A stretch of 26,714 bases of DNA from Candidatus Thorarchaeota archaeon (GTDB lineage Archaea > Asgardarchaeota > Thorarchaeia > Thorarchaeales > Thorarchaeaceae): positions 1 to 26,714 of the forward strand of contig JAOUFI010000027.1 of the NCBI GenBank assembly GCA_029858305.1, in the 5' to 3' direction. Numbering within the stretch: position 1 is the first letter of the stretch; each line of letters starts with the position of its first letter. The notes beneath the pieces are model-generated. The model had not been told where the DNA came from. It saw only the letters and a list, made by a program, of their open reading frames with translations, and searched no databases. A program made the translations under genes and the position numbers. Below, piece by piece: positions 12,201 through 18,009 of the stretch.

Positions 12201-13855
12201 GTATGGTCAATTACTATGTTCTTATTGTAACGAAAACTAGGAATCACATCACTAGGATCTGGTACAATGAAGTCTACGAATAGCTGTGCAAGATCTGCCT
12301 GTGGATAATTTGATGAACCTTTGATCTGGTTATAGGCATACTGTTGGTTTGAATATGCATAGCCAATCATTATGCAGATATAATTTCCACTTTGCCATCC
12401 CGGTCTTGAAACGACATCTTGTATGAGAGCTGAGATATCTGGTGTGACAGGCCTGCTACCTGCTCCCCATGATGTTGGATGCCAGTAGACGCTAGTATTC
12501 ACCCAGTCATATCTGTCTGGAAGTAATGGATATCCACTAGTAAAGGCGGCCACATTGTCTTCATCAGCAACATAGACACGCATATCGGGTAGGTTGGTGG
12601 TGGAAACTGCTTCAACTTCCAGAAATGCAGACTCTATCACAGCTCCCTGAGGGACATTCAAAGGAAACTGGAGCCCTACCTGATATGCATTTGCAGTTGT
12701 CCAATCAGGGTAAAGAGGAACATCCGCGCCGACCTCTAGGGCACCATTGTCGTTATATCCATTCAGATCTACTCCGCCAGGACCTGGTGTGCCTGCTGGG
12801 ACTCCATTGGAAGTGATTCCGCTGTAGCAGTCCCTATTGGCCCCAACGGGGACATAGGGGGAAACACTTCCCCTTGTTGAGCCAGTCACAAAAGCTCCAT
12901 TGGCTCGGAGGTCAATCTTTTCCGGAAACGGTCGCACAAGAAGCCTTAGCTCGACATCATCAATGTAGACTTCATGGACCGAGGAACCAGGTTGGCCGCT
13001 TATATCTGTTCCAAGACCAATATCGAATATCAATGAGTCCAGATTATCTACTGACTGGAAATAAGATGATGGGACTGTGGCTGAGGCTTGAAACCAAGTA
13101 TCCATGGGTGTACCACTAACAAACACATGATGTTTTGAAGTGTAGTTTTCAAGTCTTGTGAAAATATACACATCATCGTCTAGGATAGAAGTGCTAGATA
13201 CATAATAACGAAATGTGATCTCAGCTGAATAGACACTTCTCCATGGCTTTGATATTTGCTGGCTGAAATACATCATGTTGGTTGGCTCGAATGTTGTACC
13301 ACTATCAGGATTAGCATCAAACCTCCATCCTATTGAGCCATCGTATCCATTTCCAGAATATCTATTCATTTCAAAGGTTCCATGCTGAGGATGCTGTGTT
13401 CCATCAGAAGAATCGAACTTGACTATTGTCCATCCATCAGGAACATAGAATGGATCATAATTATACTGTGAATCAGAACCACTGAAGAACCAATGCTCTT
13501 CATGTTCAGCATTAAGTGTTGGATTAACAAGCCCCGAATCCACCCAGTATGACAGATGATCAAGCTCTCCCTCAAGATACTCAGAACTCCATCCCAGAGG
13601 TGAGTCGGTACCTATGTATCCTGCACGGGTCCGATCTACTACAGCGGTACCATAGGATGATTTAGAACCAAGAATTGTTCCAGAAAGCGGAGTTCCTGTT
13701 CCTGTGTTAGGGTTATTCCAGTCAGAGAGAGAGTAATTATTTGACGTTGATAGGCTTTCTTCGGCAGCAAAGTCCACATCATTACTAAGCGGTTCACCGA
13801 CTATGGTTACTAAGAATACGAGTATCACAAGCAACGCGACATATGCTCTTCTCAT
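1..13855 (-). CDS. Giant secreted/cell-surface protein (>=4,618 aa, 3'-truncated by the window edge): signal peptide, 5x DUF2341+LamG-like jelly-roll modules, long tandem Ig-like stalk
   Basis: The ATG at 13855 gives MRRAYVALLVILVFLVTIVGEPLS (basic n-region plus hydrophobic h-region). An in-frame upstream ATG at 13900 is possible. The same frame gives sensible protein where I translated it (about 13855, 12235, 11110, 10045, 9028, 7400, 6200, and 2-320: ...GGAGYFYFDFDTW). The ORF track lists no long minus-strand ORF ending here, which fits a frame with no stop inside the window. Confidence 0.93.
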   Translation of the reverse strand, partial: MRRAYVALLVILVFLVTIVGEPLSNDVDFAAEESLSTSNNYSLSDWNNPNTGTGTPLSGTILGSKSSYGTAVVDRTRAGYIGTDSPLGWSSEYLEGELDHLSYWVDSGLVNPTLNAEHEEHWFFSGSDSQYNYDPFYVPDGWTIVKFDSSDGTQHPQHGTFEMNRYSGNGYDGSIGWRFDANPDSGTTFEPTNMMYFSQQISKPWRSVYSAEITFRYYVSSTSILDDDVYIFTRLENYTSKHHVFVSGTPMDTWFQASATVPSSYFQSVDNLDSLIFDIGLGTDISGQPGSSVHEVYIDDVELRLLVRPFPEKIDLRANGAFVTGSTRGSVSPYVPVGANRDCYSGITSNGVPAGTPGPGGVDLNGYNDNGALEVGADVPLYPDWTTANAYQVGLQFPLNVPQGAVIESAFLEVEAVSTTNLPDMRVYVADEDNVAAFTSGYPLLPDRYDWVNTSVYWHPTSWGAGSRPVTPDISALIQDVVSRPGWQSGNYICIMIGYAYSNQQYAYNQIKGSSNYPQADLAQLFVDFIVPDPSDVIPSFRYNKNIVIDHTKVFSNLQDFPLLVDIWDDDLHWNAQSDGDDIAFVYKGEVLNHEIELFDKAGNGTHAHLVAWVQVPELSSTVDTTIVMVYGDDNLGNQQNAVGVWDTGYSAVWHLNDNPESTWSSTYADFLPHLPLSPGYNAPRPRIKDSVIPETIHTTTFGSTTHGYTSGSMTSTDLVGGMFGGAIDLDGINDYVDFGNPSALQMTGAFTVEAWFKADFIDNDYLVVKSGEANYRGWDLSFDDDPSISPAGWVMFRYSPDGINTNIAGYERVDTGQWYQVVGVFCPSSYARFYLNGELVEEVTTGIPASMNSPSRPVRIGRRSDDSGGTSYLDAIVDEVRISSVARSDAWIKTEYNNQRNPDLFLTVGEGIANFRYMKDITIDHTKVASDLTGFPVLIDIYDSDLKTNVQPDGDDIMFTSNGRSVPHEIELFDQQYNATHAHLIAWVRTDLSSSFDTIVTMYYANPTMGSQEDPLEVWRNQYQGVWHLGNDPSGALPAPQVTDSTYNSNDGTTFGSMTQSDRVIGHIGNALDFDGSNDYVDCGDTISLAVGYNDLAMSLWFATTDLDIPLAIKGAIGTDAYRYMLSVTSSGTVKAEIDDNSVTPGKITIYSASTLNNGLWHYAVMVRSGSWLHLYIDGSEVPTSPVDITGYGSINSVEPFLIAACDNYDNAGAPNLFARAQLDEVRVLSDPITSQWILTEYNNQFDPSSFYSLGIEQEVIIPKEIPFDFIYKKDISIDHTKVVSDLNGFPVLIELYDKDLRFDVQADGDDIVFVRDGWILPHEIELFEQMYNSSHAHLIAWVRLDLSSSADTVFSMYYGDSSSASYENPSGVWDTSYAAVWHLSEDPSGTIYDSTANNNHGLGLPIGSEPSLQSGKIYRCSEFNGEATNERIETPHSSSLSLQSDILVEVWIRTNNTDPTSDTIIAKWGDVGHRNYWLGKLDSSTLAFYVDNTQSVTASFSLVNDGSWHHVVGVANSISGNLLLYIDGIERGNALYSGSTQTGTSVLQIGNNPGSTGFIQEWDGQIDEVRVSGAYRSSGWISTEFNNQYNPSTFYLISMETLNQPTEFAHKKDIVVDHTKVDTDLIDFPMLVDIFDTDLRTDVQADGDDIIFKSGYYLCPHEIVSFDQAYNETHAHLIAWVKADLSASFDTIITLYYGNPNLMSQENPSAVWGDYVGVWHLDDSPTGIVYDSSQYNNDGTTLGSMTGSDLVPGQVGSGFELDGADDMVNVSESSSLDSIKYAGTLSIWINWVDASDSGYQRIMTTSDRFILNPSPPPTLIQDDGFEWAVQPDGDNYFYPWGGNSIDYNLATNPFTDNIWHHVVVTLDYNTKSVKMYLDGIPMILAIENVPTQWTQLASLGDWLWGGNQLDAAGQYFLGKFDEIRVSNAVRPSGWISTEYNNQYNPSSFYSIGVEEQISGEGYTFTTSSESSITVGAELSLGVQTPIQSYADDFTLGSSFSIVNGSLPIWTAGVLVSPPSEFDAVSFEITYPDGEWWPFSVTNPSGIEMTYAANWTCFDGKLVVGSTAVDEYGMWHIKFLDRNHVLDTQMGPVGGPYTTTNQFAIGDDIQFRVWSSGTIGSTISLELSDPSGSMWYTGHTTFQGERFTLPYYHRKYLTISHYNVAEDLVDFPVLVDIYDTDLRTDVRSDGRDIAFAIGDKTLSHEIEMFDQTYNLTHAHLIAWVNVPLLSGSSDTVIGMYYGNPLAPIVYDSGPVWDSGYLGVWHLSESGTGAPDEYLDSSQYKNHGQGGEGNSSYVPTQVSGKIGSGQDFNNLDGYYDLIDCGDSPLWQIDGYQITLEAWVQHDITPNTHVYGIMNHKGWYDGYALYINYGGGSTIKPTFALTSQDGYQLVGNNDVTGGTWHQIVATYDGSLMKIFVDGVQDPNVVVKTNAIDPSAYEKDFWIGHGDQPKDKGWSSEWVGQIDEVRISDVTRTPGWIQTQFQNQYDPSSFYSVSGEQSMGYSESAPINLDTSAPAGVWQVTARYSDASSDVLYRVGVFSRSFIVKRGVTLSLTAPGDAISDGISTKVIGEQLQVEFELEDTLNSELVSGATVNMNWSVGGIPTNVQLNDYGDGRYGKTLNTSDLGDYGRWRIDLDTEHPFYATTANFFYLDLSHRTFITYEPPMASPYGDDFTVKLTFRDQFDGILLPGATIACNGTLVGAPVDYGNGTYLITIDSAGLSTGNYAFSISATPSTSYLLGSQIDVHFTYRPVATDAYLIGLDTNETPWGQDASAIIHWFDTDHSGIGIDSGTITIDPFVQTSTIGTGGGYYNITIDVRSYAPGTYVFDLTISRINYQQTVATFTIIVGAHRTSIDVDYLPVNLVGSDTSINVSFIDVDLSSSSIGIGNLSHIIVDWGTGSQNVYSLSFILDTSGWSVGSHTINLTVIATSTPRYYMDTYILIELEIRKLDVFLSWDHLEPFPNGNDFVMYIHVNVSEPGMPIDGAPIDWLDQSYFSTTNQTGVPYSIKSFLNLGDGLYELTIDSAIFLEGEYRIIVYVDFLLSENYTDTHTPIITFTYRPILTYLSSPDYPTVATSYDTNITIMLSYVDIDHGLNISTGIITSEGAAIVWQYVTDGVYEVLVIVKSWDLGIHEVNLTADATGYQEKTLTFQIIVQIAYAYARSSVSTIDLPVGDTAIFYADYWDITHNEPILGATVAHDWIHALTITWTGSQYRIELPSLDTDVLSTYSIMFNFSKGSNYQFGYFNLTIILRTHSTEFRLANAVEPTSYNAMVNISVFCGDLDNDDGIVSLYVALSVYNETGLIPSIFENDTTLGNGYYIIRLAASNLGISGVYELIVHFNWTGSIQKYYNRTVRAFVNIIGEASELELLESSGPTPFLENMSYTYLYSEFYSGLGISNATPPAGNVFIFIQFPGELIDISQVSITEVVGYPGRYTLEFNSTIFGRPGIYTMVVFVNWSQGVDPFYDNCTDTVTIRITPRSSVVTVNPPESTPYGVNATFMFSFDDVADETPDRIAFGPQMNIIIGLPDYTLIYNSSTRQFQVSFNTSILGAPIGNRQFTISVSWTGTPFYANVTGRTVIITVRFRDTEFDCTSISPTPYGNNITIGLTFNDITLETSSPINDGLITLYNGTQIVPSSNYIISNFGNGMYELELNTTYFGRPGTYQLALQISTSHFYYANATTTRTLSLRYRLTMLIVEPVGEASYNSSLVIVFEYIDVLSSLRIGNESTPTTMEILNGSSWLFTSSWRSLSQDYLLTIETFNQNLDINKTYVLWLRISYPDASPFYRAAEAYVSFELSRRTTFLDLIEAPMPAPYLEYVNLTVFYGDTDSSNGIAGAVITLSLYGADLIEGNDYILQRTTQGLYYISISTTSIGPAGTSASLSLRASWSAGIPYYTDSIITLTLSVTKRGAITEILTSPAQVMFLENVSFTFRYIDSESEVLIPLSKSQLLIFSGGSPLLSSYFSMIFTGTGYEISINSTRLSSGLVSNWNITIIIDWQDNTVPYYTDERVSVWATVVNRMGLLLRDPVPTTPIGDNMSLTFTYVDIISGLDISNAIVVFDCLSPSGLIENTNFWVTRNGGHYTILVDTTFLGNTGTFTFSLRLLWNPSLAPYYANSTTALLQGSVRLIQVLLESSEPTPSTVPVNDNVSVILTYSDLDHSSPISGAESAFSVTYKTNTSGPGIWSITPYGLGSYLLVVDCSDAGAIGTNTLIIEITYSNYQSVEIQVPFQIRDRQGELNELPPADTYYGGTTYVDVQLIDVDAEDAPISDALLSLSWPGADLPIWSPLGNGWYRINLTTNGLSSGLHTLSIGAEKSNYFIADISVPIQILRIPTEIIMQDALPDVYWGEDISLWAIFNDTQNGGFISGALVVYQFGTLNGLMAEGTPAGNYSITLDTGNLATATSYIITITATFENYATSTKQVTVNVLRIPLGLTIIGSVHPELFKGDLLNISVYVNNTLYNIPLLGATVTAKNTLRTLDITLAPVPGQNGYYSSLIDTNNFIVGNYIIEIKASRFNYIAASTSLSVRINQIETALYLDALTSTYSSRTFNWSDTITLGIYVLVPSLNESYPYTTGLSDCTVVWSLSGTVYTGQFLNGTLIGGAGYFYFDFDTW
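6360..12235 (-). repeat. Five diverged ~330-375-aa DUF2341 + LamG/concanavalin-like protein repeats within the giant CDS (approx. 12235-11125, 11110-10070, 10045-9050, 9028-7990, 7402-6360)
   Basis: The copies begin FRYNKNIVIDHTKV, FRYMKDITIDHTKV, FIYKKDISIDHTKV, FAHKKDIVVDHTKV and YYHRKYLTISHYNV. Each continues FP(V/L/M)L(V/I)(D/E)...DG(D/R)DI.F, then ..WH(L), and ends DE(V/I)R(I/V)...WI.T...NQ. This is the typical DUF2341-LamG module. Confidence 0.85.
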
Positions 13856-13958
13856 TTGACTGACTTCCAATTCTAACCACTGAACTTCAACTACGAACAT
13901 TCTATACAACATAAGATAAGATAATTTAGTATATTCAAGTCTTGAAGTTGAATCAGTT

Positions 13959-14597
13959 TTATTCGCTTACAAACTCAATACGGTTAGCGTCAATCAAATC
14001 ATTTAGTGCTGGAGGATTTAAAATCTCAATTTTCTGCCTTTCTCTTGATGTCAATCGTGCGCCTTCTGGTAAGATGAGAGAAAAGAGTGAAGCACACATG
14101 AAAAGAGGTGTCAAGTCGAGGCGCTTGATTGGATTACCTAGAAGGTTTAGCTCCTCAAGTCTAGAACATCTGGAAATTGGTTTCAGGTCTAGAACCATAA
14201 GCCGGTTTTCCATCAGATTAAATGACGTGAGGCTCTTGCAGTTAGATAATGGATTAAGTTCAATCCTAAGTATCTGATTGAAACTCAGATCCAACACCTC
14301 AAGATTGGGGCAGTAACTTATCGGATTTAAATCTAGAATTCTCATGTTATTATGATCAAGCTTTAGTTTACGTATTGAGGGACAAAATGCTAACACACTT
14401 AAATCAATCAACATGAATTCGTTTCCACTCAAATCTAGTTCTTCTAGGCCCTCAACACTATCTAGCACACTAAGGTCAATAGCAACAATCGATTTGTTTG
14501 ACAAATCCACCACAGTCGAACCAGAATCTATCGGCAATTTTTCTGATCTTCCATTTGATAGAGTTGCTTGAAGTTCTATCAAGCTCAAAGGACTCAC
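13959..14597 (-). CDS. Leucine-rich repeat protein (24-aa LRRs, ~6 repeats), cytoplasmic
   Basis: There is a regular 24-aa period LxxLxLxxNxxxxxDLxPLxxCxx (LDLSGNEFMLIDLSVLAFCPSIRK / LKLDHNNMRILDLNPISYCPNLEV / LDLSFNQILRIELNPLSNCKSLTS). No signal peptide. The real start may be the TTG at 14588, 5 nt after a GGTGA SD-like motif. Confidence 0.9.
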   Translation of the reverse strand: MSPLSLIELQATLSNGRSEKLPIDSGSTVVDLSNKSIVAIDLSVLDSVEGLEELDLSGNEFMLIDLSVLAFCPSIRKLKLDHNNMRILDLNPISYCPNLEVLDLSFNQILRIELNPLSNCKSLTSFNLMENRLMVLDLKPISRCSRLEELNLLGNPIKRLDLTPLFMCASLFSLILPEGARLTSRERQKIEILNPPALNDLIDANRIEFVSE

Positions 14598-14874
14598 CTA
14601 CAATATGCTTTCTTTTAGTCAGTTAGTAGTACTGTATCTCTAAACACTTCAATATTTAGCACTTCTCTGAATACAGTGGGCAAATATTCTTTTGCGAATC
14701 ATTCTGCACCATTTTCTATACTATATTGTACTGCTATTTCACTTTGTATGCCCTCAACCAAGCAAAAAATCTCATTTTATTACCCCGAAATATGTATACG
14801 AATGTTTAATATGCAAATATATTCATTAATAATATGTTATATCTTTCGAGAAAAGAGGCGTGGTTGTCAAGAAA

Positions 14875-16125
14875 ATGCAAATCCCAGGAACAAACTTGGA
14901 GCTTACCTCCAAGGTTGACCGAGTGTATATTGCACATGAAGGCGTAATCAAGAAAGTAAAGTACACCGGTAGGTCTTTCAAAGACGTCATGGAGGAAGTT
15001 CAACGATTTGCCTATCTTAGAGGATTTAATGTTCCGATCACCATTCTCAAGTTCATTCTGAAGAGAATAGGTCTTCCGGAAGTCGATCGAATTCCCGGAG
15101 AAGACCAGTTAACGAAGGAAGACTTACTGGAGCTCTCAAGAGCACTTACGGCTCTTGACTCCCTGAAGGATGAGTTTCTATCACCCTTCCGTACAACTGT
15201 TGTACCTGATGAAATCAAGAAGGGCTTGATTGCTGAATCACTTGGCATGGAAGACCTCACACCAGAGATTCATGTCAAGGAGAAACAGAATATTTGGGAC
15301 CTACCCCTAAGCGAAGAGGTCACTGAGCTAATATACTCGTTCCACGCAGAGAATATTCCTGTGAGTACTCCAACACCAAGGACCCAATCAGAATCTGAGC
15401 CTGCATCAAGCTCAGTGAAGTTCATTTGGGATGACGCTGATGCGGTTGAGCAAATAGCGAATCTCAATCCAGATGAACAAGCTCCTGCTGAGCTAGACTC
15501 TGAACTCCTCGAACTGAAAGTTCTCTTCCTTGGAGAACGTGGAGTTGGGATAAGCAGTATTCTCTTTGAATGTAATCTGAAGTCAGCCAATGAAATAGCT
15601 GCTCAGAGTTCATCAGAAATCCAGACATCAGCTCATAACAATACAGTCAAATTCGATGACAAGAATGTAAGACTTGATGCATGGACCTTTCCACAGGGTC
15701 TAGAAACTAAAAAACCAAAAACAGAGTTCTATACAGGTTCTGGAATTGTTGTACTTGTCTATTCAGTAGCTGACAGATGGAGTTATGATAGTCTTGACTT
15801 CTGGGTACGTGAAGTCTCTAATACGTTCCTAATACCTCCGCCTATCATAGTCGTTGGAAATAAGACCGATTTGCGGGATCATCCTGTCTTCGATGATGAG
15901 GATGAACTAGATACCCCTGTTACCACCGAAGAAGCTCAGGAGTTCTGCGATCAGATTGGAAAGAGGATTGGAGGAAACGGTCAATCACATCCGGTCTTTT
16001 TCATGGAAACTTCAAGTGTTACTGGTCAAGGTATCTCAAATCTGCTTGAAAAGATCATTGAGTTCTGGTTGACAAACGAGAGACCCAGCATGCCCGCAGT
16101 CGAGGAGCATGTTCCTCTCCCATAG
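14875..16125 (+). CDS. Ras/Rab-superfamily small GTPase-like domain with ~210-aa N-terminal extension; probable pseudo-GTPase
   Basis: The C-terminal domain has LKVLFLGERGVGISS (G1-like, Lys->Ile), IVVLVYSVADRWSYDSLDFW (Rab/Ras beta4-alpha3), IIVVGNKTDL (G4) and FMETSSVTGQGI (G5). I prefer the ATG at 14875 over the GTG at 14860. Confidence 0.85.
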   Translation: MQIPGTNLELTSKVDRVYIAHEGVIKKVKYTGRSFKDVMEEVQRFAYLRGFNVPITILKFILKRIGLPEVDRIPGEDQLTKEDLLELSRALTALDSLKDEFLSPFRTTVVPDEIKKGLIAESLGMEDLTPEIHVKEKQNIWDLPLSEEVTELIYSFHAENIPVSTPTPRTQSESEPASSSVKFIWDDADAVEQIANLNPDEQAPAELDSELLELKVLFLGERGVGISSILFECNLKSANEIAAQSSSEIQTSAHNNTVKFDDKNVRLDAWTFPQGLETKKPKTEFYTGSGIVVLVYSVADRWSYDSLDFWVREVSNTFLIPPPIIVVGNKTDLRDHPVFDDEDELDTPVTTEEAQEFCDQIGKRIGGNGQSHPVFFMETSSVTGQGISNLLEKIIEFWLTNERPSMPAVEEHVPLP

Positions 16126-16231
16126 ATTTTCTATACCCATCATTGGATTCCCAGCTTGAATGTCAATATTTATCAGTCAAAATGCATTCTGAATCTCAAA
16201 CAAAACGGAGGTATCGAATCCATGGCAATAA

Positions 16232-16237
16232 TTTATA
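16232..16237 (+). promoter_or_regulatory. Putative TATA box for the wHTH gene (near-leaderless transcript)
   Basis: TTTATA lies about 30 nt upstream of the TTG at 16268. An in-frame TAA at 16229 rules out a much longer ORF. Confidence 0.4.
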
Positions 16238-16267
16238 GGTGGGATCACGTTTGCCAGACGCTCGTTC

Positions 16268-16480
16268 TTGTCACTACCTCCTTCTGCAAAGTTCCTCTAT
16301 GTGCTTCTTAAGAGCAGGCGCCGGATGACTCGGCAGGACCTGATAAGCACAACATATCTGCCTCCTCGCACAGTGAACTATGGTCTTAGTCGGCTGAAGG
16401 CTCTAGGGCTCATTCAAGAGGCAGAACATCAAGAGGATGCGCGGGAGAGGGTCTACGAGTTGGTGCAGGCGCCCATGTAG
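16268..16480 (+). CDS. Small winged-helix (MarR/TrmB/Lrs14-like) archaeal DNA-binding protein
   Basis: LPPSAKFLYVLL...MTRQDLISTTYLPPRTVNYGLSRLKALGLI...DARERVYEL matches the common archaeal LPPSAK...LP.RTVRYAL..L...DAR...Y wHTH family pattern. Confidence 0.82.
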   Translation: MSLPPSAKFLYVLLKSRRRMTRQDLISTTYLPPRTVNYGLSRLKALGLIQEAEHQEDARERVYELVQAPM

Positions 16481-16495
16481 TAGGTCAAGGAATCA

Positions 16496-16528
16496 GAAGA
16501 TGGTCGATAGACCCATCAGACCATCTTC
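16496..16528. terminator. Inverted repeat/hairpin between the wHTH gene and aspS (terminator, operator or leader structure)
   Basis: Perfect 10-bp arms GAAGATGGTC (16496-16505) and GACCATCTTC (16519-16528) flank a 13-nt spacer, 15 nt after the wHTH stop. Function is not established. Confidence 0.4.
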
Positions 16529-16608
16529 ACCTTCCCATAATGAGTCTCTCCAAAAGCCTCATAATCTACCACGCTCCGATTGATAGTAATCAGATTGAGG
16601 CGTATCAA

Positions 16609-17967
16609 ATGGACTACTATAAAGCAGCAGGTGTTGTACCAATTGGCAAAGACCGCCGTACTCACTTTAGCAATCAAATAACACCAGAACTTGCAGACAC
16701 TCCAGTCGTACTTATGGGCTGGGCTCACATCCTGCGTGATAAGGGAAAGATCAAGTTTCTTATTTTACGAGATGAACACGGGACTGTTCAAATTACTATG
16801 CCGCAGAAGAAGGTCTCTGAGGAGGTTTTCGATGTAGCTGGTCAGCTAAAACCTGAGTGTGCGGTAGCTGTGCATGGAAAAGTTGTTGCTTCAGAACAGG
16901 CACCTAATGGAGTCGAAGTGATACCAACGAGAATTAGCATTTTGAATACTGCTGATCGCCTTCCCATCGATGTTGTTGAGGGTAAGGTTGACATTGATTT
17001 GGATACACGCCTTAATCATCGTATACTCGATCTCAGAAAACCAACAATTAACGCAATCTTCAGGGTTCAGCATAGTCTAGTACGTTATGCCAGAGAGTTT
17101 CTTGAAAAGAACGATTTTGTTGAGATACACACCCCAAAGCTTGTCGCGGAAGCCACTGAAGGTGGTGCCAACCTCTTTGAGGTGAAGTATTTTGAGAGAA
17201 AGGCATACCTTGCTCAGAGTCCACAGTTCTACAAGCAACTGATGCTTCTAGCGGGATTTGGTAGGGTCTTTGAGATTGCTCCTGTCTTCAGAGCCGAGAA
17301 ACACAACACACGCCGCCATGTCAATGAGTATACCTCATTTGATTTTGAAATGGCTTGGATAAGTGGAGTAGAGGATGTCATGAAAATGGAAGAAAAAATG
17401 CTCAACTACTCCTTCGAAAAGACAAAGAAAGCTGCTGCCCAAGAGCTTGAGCTTCTTAATGTGGACCTTATAGTTCCCAAAGTGCCTTTCAAGAGGGTAA
17501 AGTATGTTGAAGCGATTGATCTCCTAAATAGTGCAGGGAAAGAGTTGAAAATCACTGATGATCTTGATCCGGAGTGCGAACAGCTTCTAGGTGGGCTGTT
17601 TCCTGAGAAATTTGGAACAGATATGGTCTTTATCACACATTATCCTTTGGAACTTCGACCAGCTTATACTATGCCAAGTATGACCGATGAAGGTATGACT
17701 GAGAGTTTTGACCTCACTTACAAAGGAATGGAGATCACGACAGGCAGTCAAAGAATACATCTCTATGACCTTCTAGTAGAACGCTTCAAAGCGAAAGGCT
17801 TCAATCCGTTGGATTTCAGTTTCTATTTGGATCCCTTCAAGTATGGAGCACCTCCACACGGAGGATTAGGTCTTGGTGTTGAACGATTAACAATGCAAAT
17901 ACTTGGTATTGAGAACATACGAGAGGCTACATTACTCCCACGAGACAGAGACCGGCTTACGCCCTAG
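16609..17967 (+). CDS. aspS: Aspartyl-tRNA synthetase, archaeal type, probably non-discriminating (Asp/Asn)
   Basis: It has an OB-fold N-terminus (GWAHILRDKGKIKFLILRD), the AspRS signature YLAQSPQFYKQ, motif 2 FRAEKHNTRRHVNEYTSFDFE and motif 3 PPHGGLGLGVERL. The ORF is open from the ATG at 16540. The ATG at 16609 is closer to the usual length. Confidence 0.96.
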   Translation: MDYYKAAGVVPIGKDRRTHFSNQITPELADTPVVLMGWAHILRDKGKIKFLILRDEHGTVQITMPQKKVSEEVFDVAGQLKPECAVAVHGKVVASEQAPNGVEVIPTRISILNTADRLPIDVVEGKVDIDLDTRLNHRILDLRKPTINAIFRVQHSLVRYAREFLEKNDFVEIHTPKLVAEATEGGANLFEVKYFERKAYLAQSPQFYKQLMLLAGFGRVFEIAPVFRAEKHNTRRHVNEYTSFDFEMAWISGVEDVMKMEEKMLNYSFEKTKKAAAQELELLNVDLIVPKVPFKRVKYVEAIDLLNSAGKELKITDDLDPECEQLLGGLFPEKFGTDMVFITHYPLELRPAYTMPSMTDEGMTESFDLTYKGMEITTGSQRIHLYDLLVERFKAKGFNPLDFSFYLDPFKYGAPPHGGLGLGVERLTMQILGIENIREATLLPRDRDRLTP

Positions 17968-18009
17968 TAGTAGCAAGATAATACTCTCTCTTAAAGCACG
18001 AATATTAGA

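Noticed and set aside
6360-12235. Repeats as a possible diversity-generating retroelement TR/VR pair or CRISPR-like array
   Set aside because: The similarity is at protein level, with heavy nucleotide divergence. I saw no near-identical pair differing only at adenines, no reverse transcriptase and no short regularly spaced DNA repeats.
4165-13119. Short track ORFs on both strands (e.g. 5807..6316 +, 6958..7266 +, 7711..7977 -, 9508..9774 -)
   Set aside because: All lie antisense to or out of frame within the giant CDS and show no recognisable motifs, so they are shadow ORFs.
13911-13924. ATAAG tandem (ATAAGATAAGATAA) upstream of the giant gene
   Set aside because: Fewer than three full units in AT-rich intergenic DNA, which is compatible with chance.
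14676-15590. Short ORFs 14676..14918 +, 14806..15003 -, 15012..15260 -, 15270..15590 -
   Set aside because: They overlap the GTPase-like CDS or the AT-rich promoter region and have no protein-like features.
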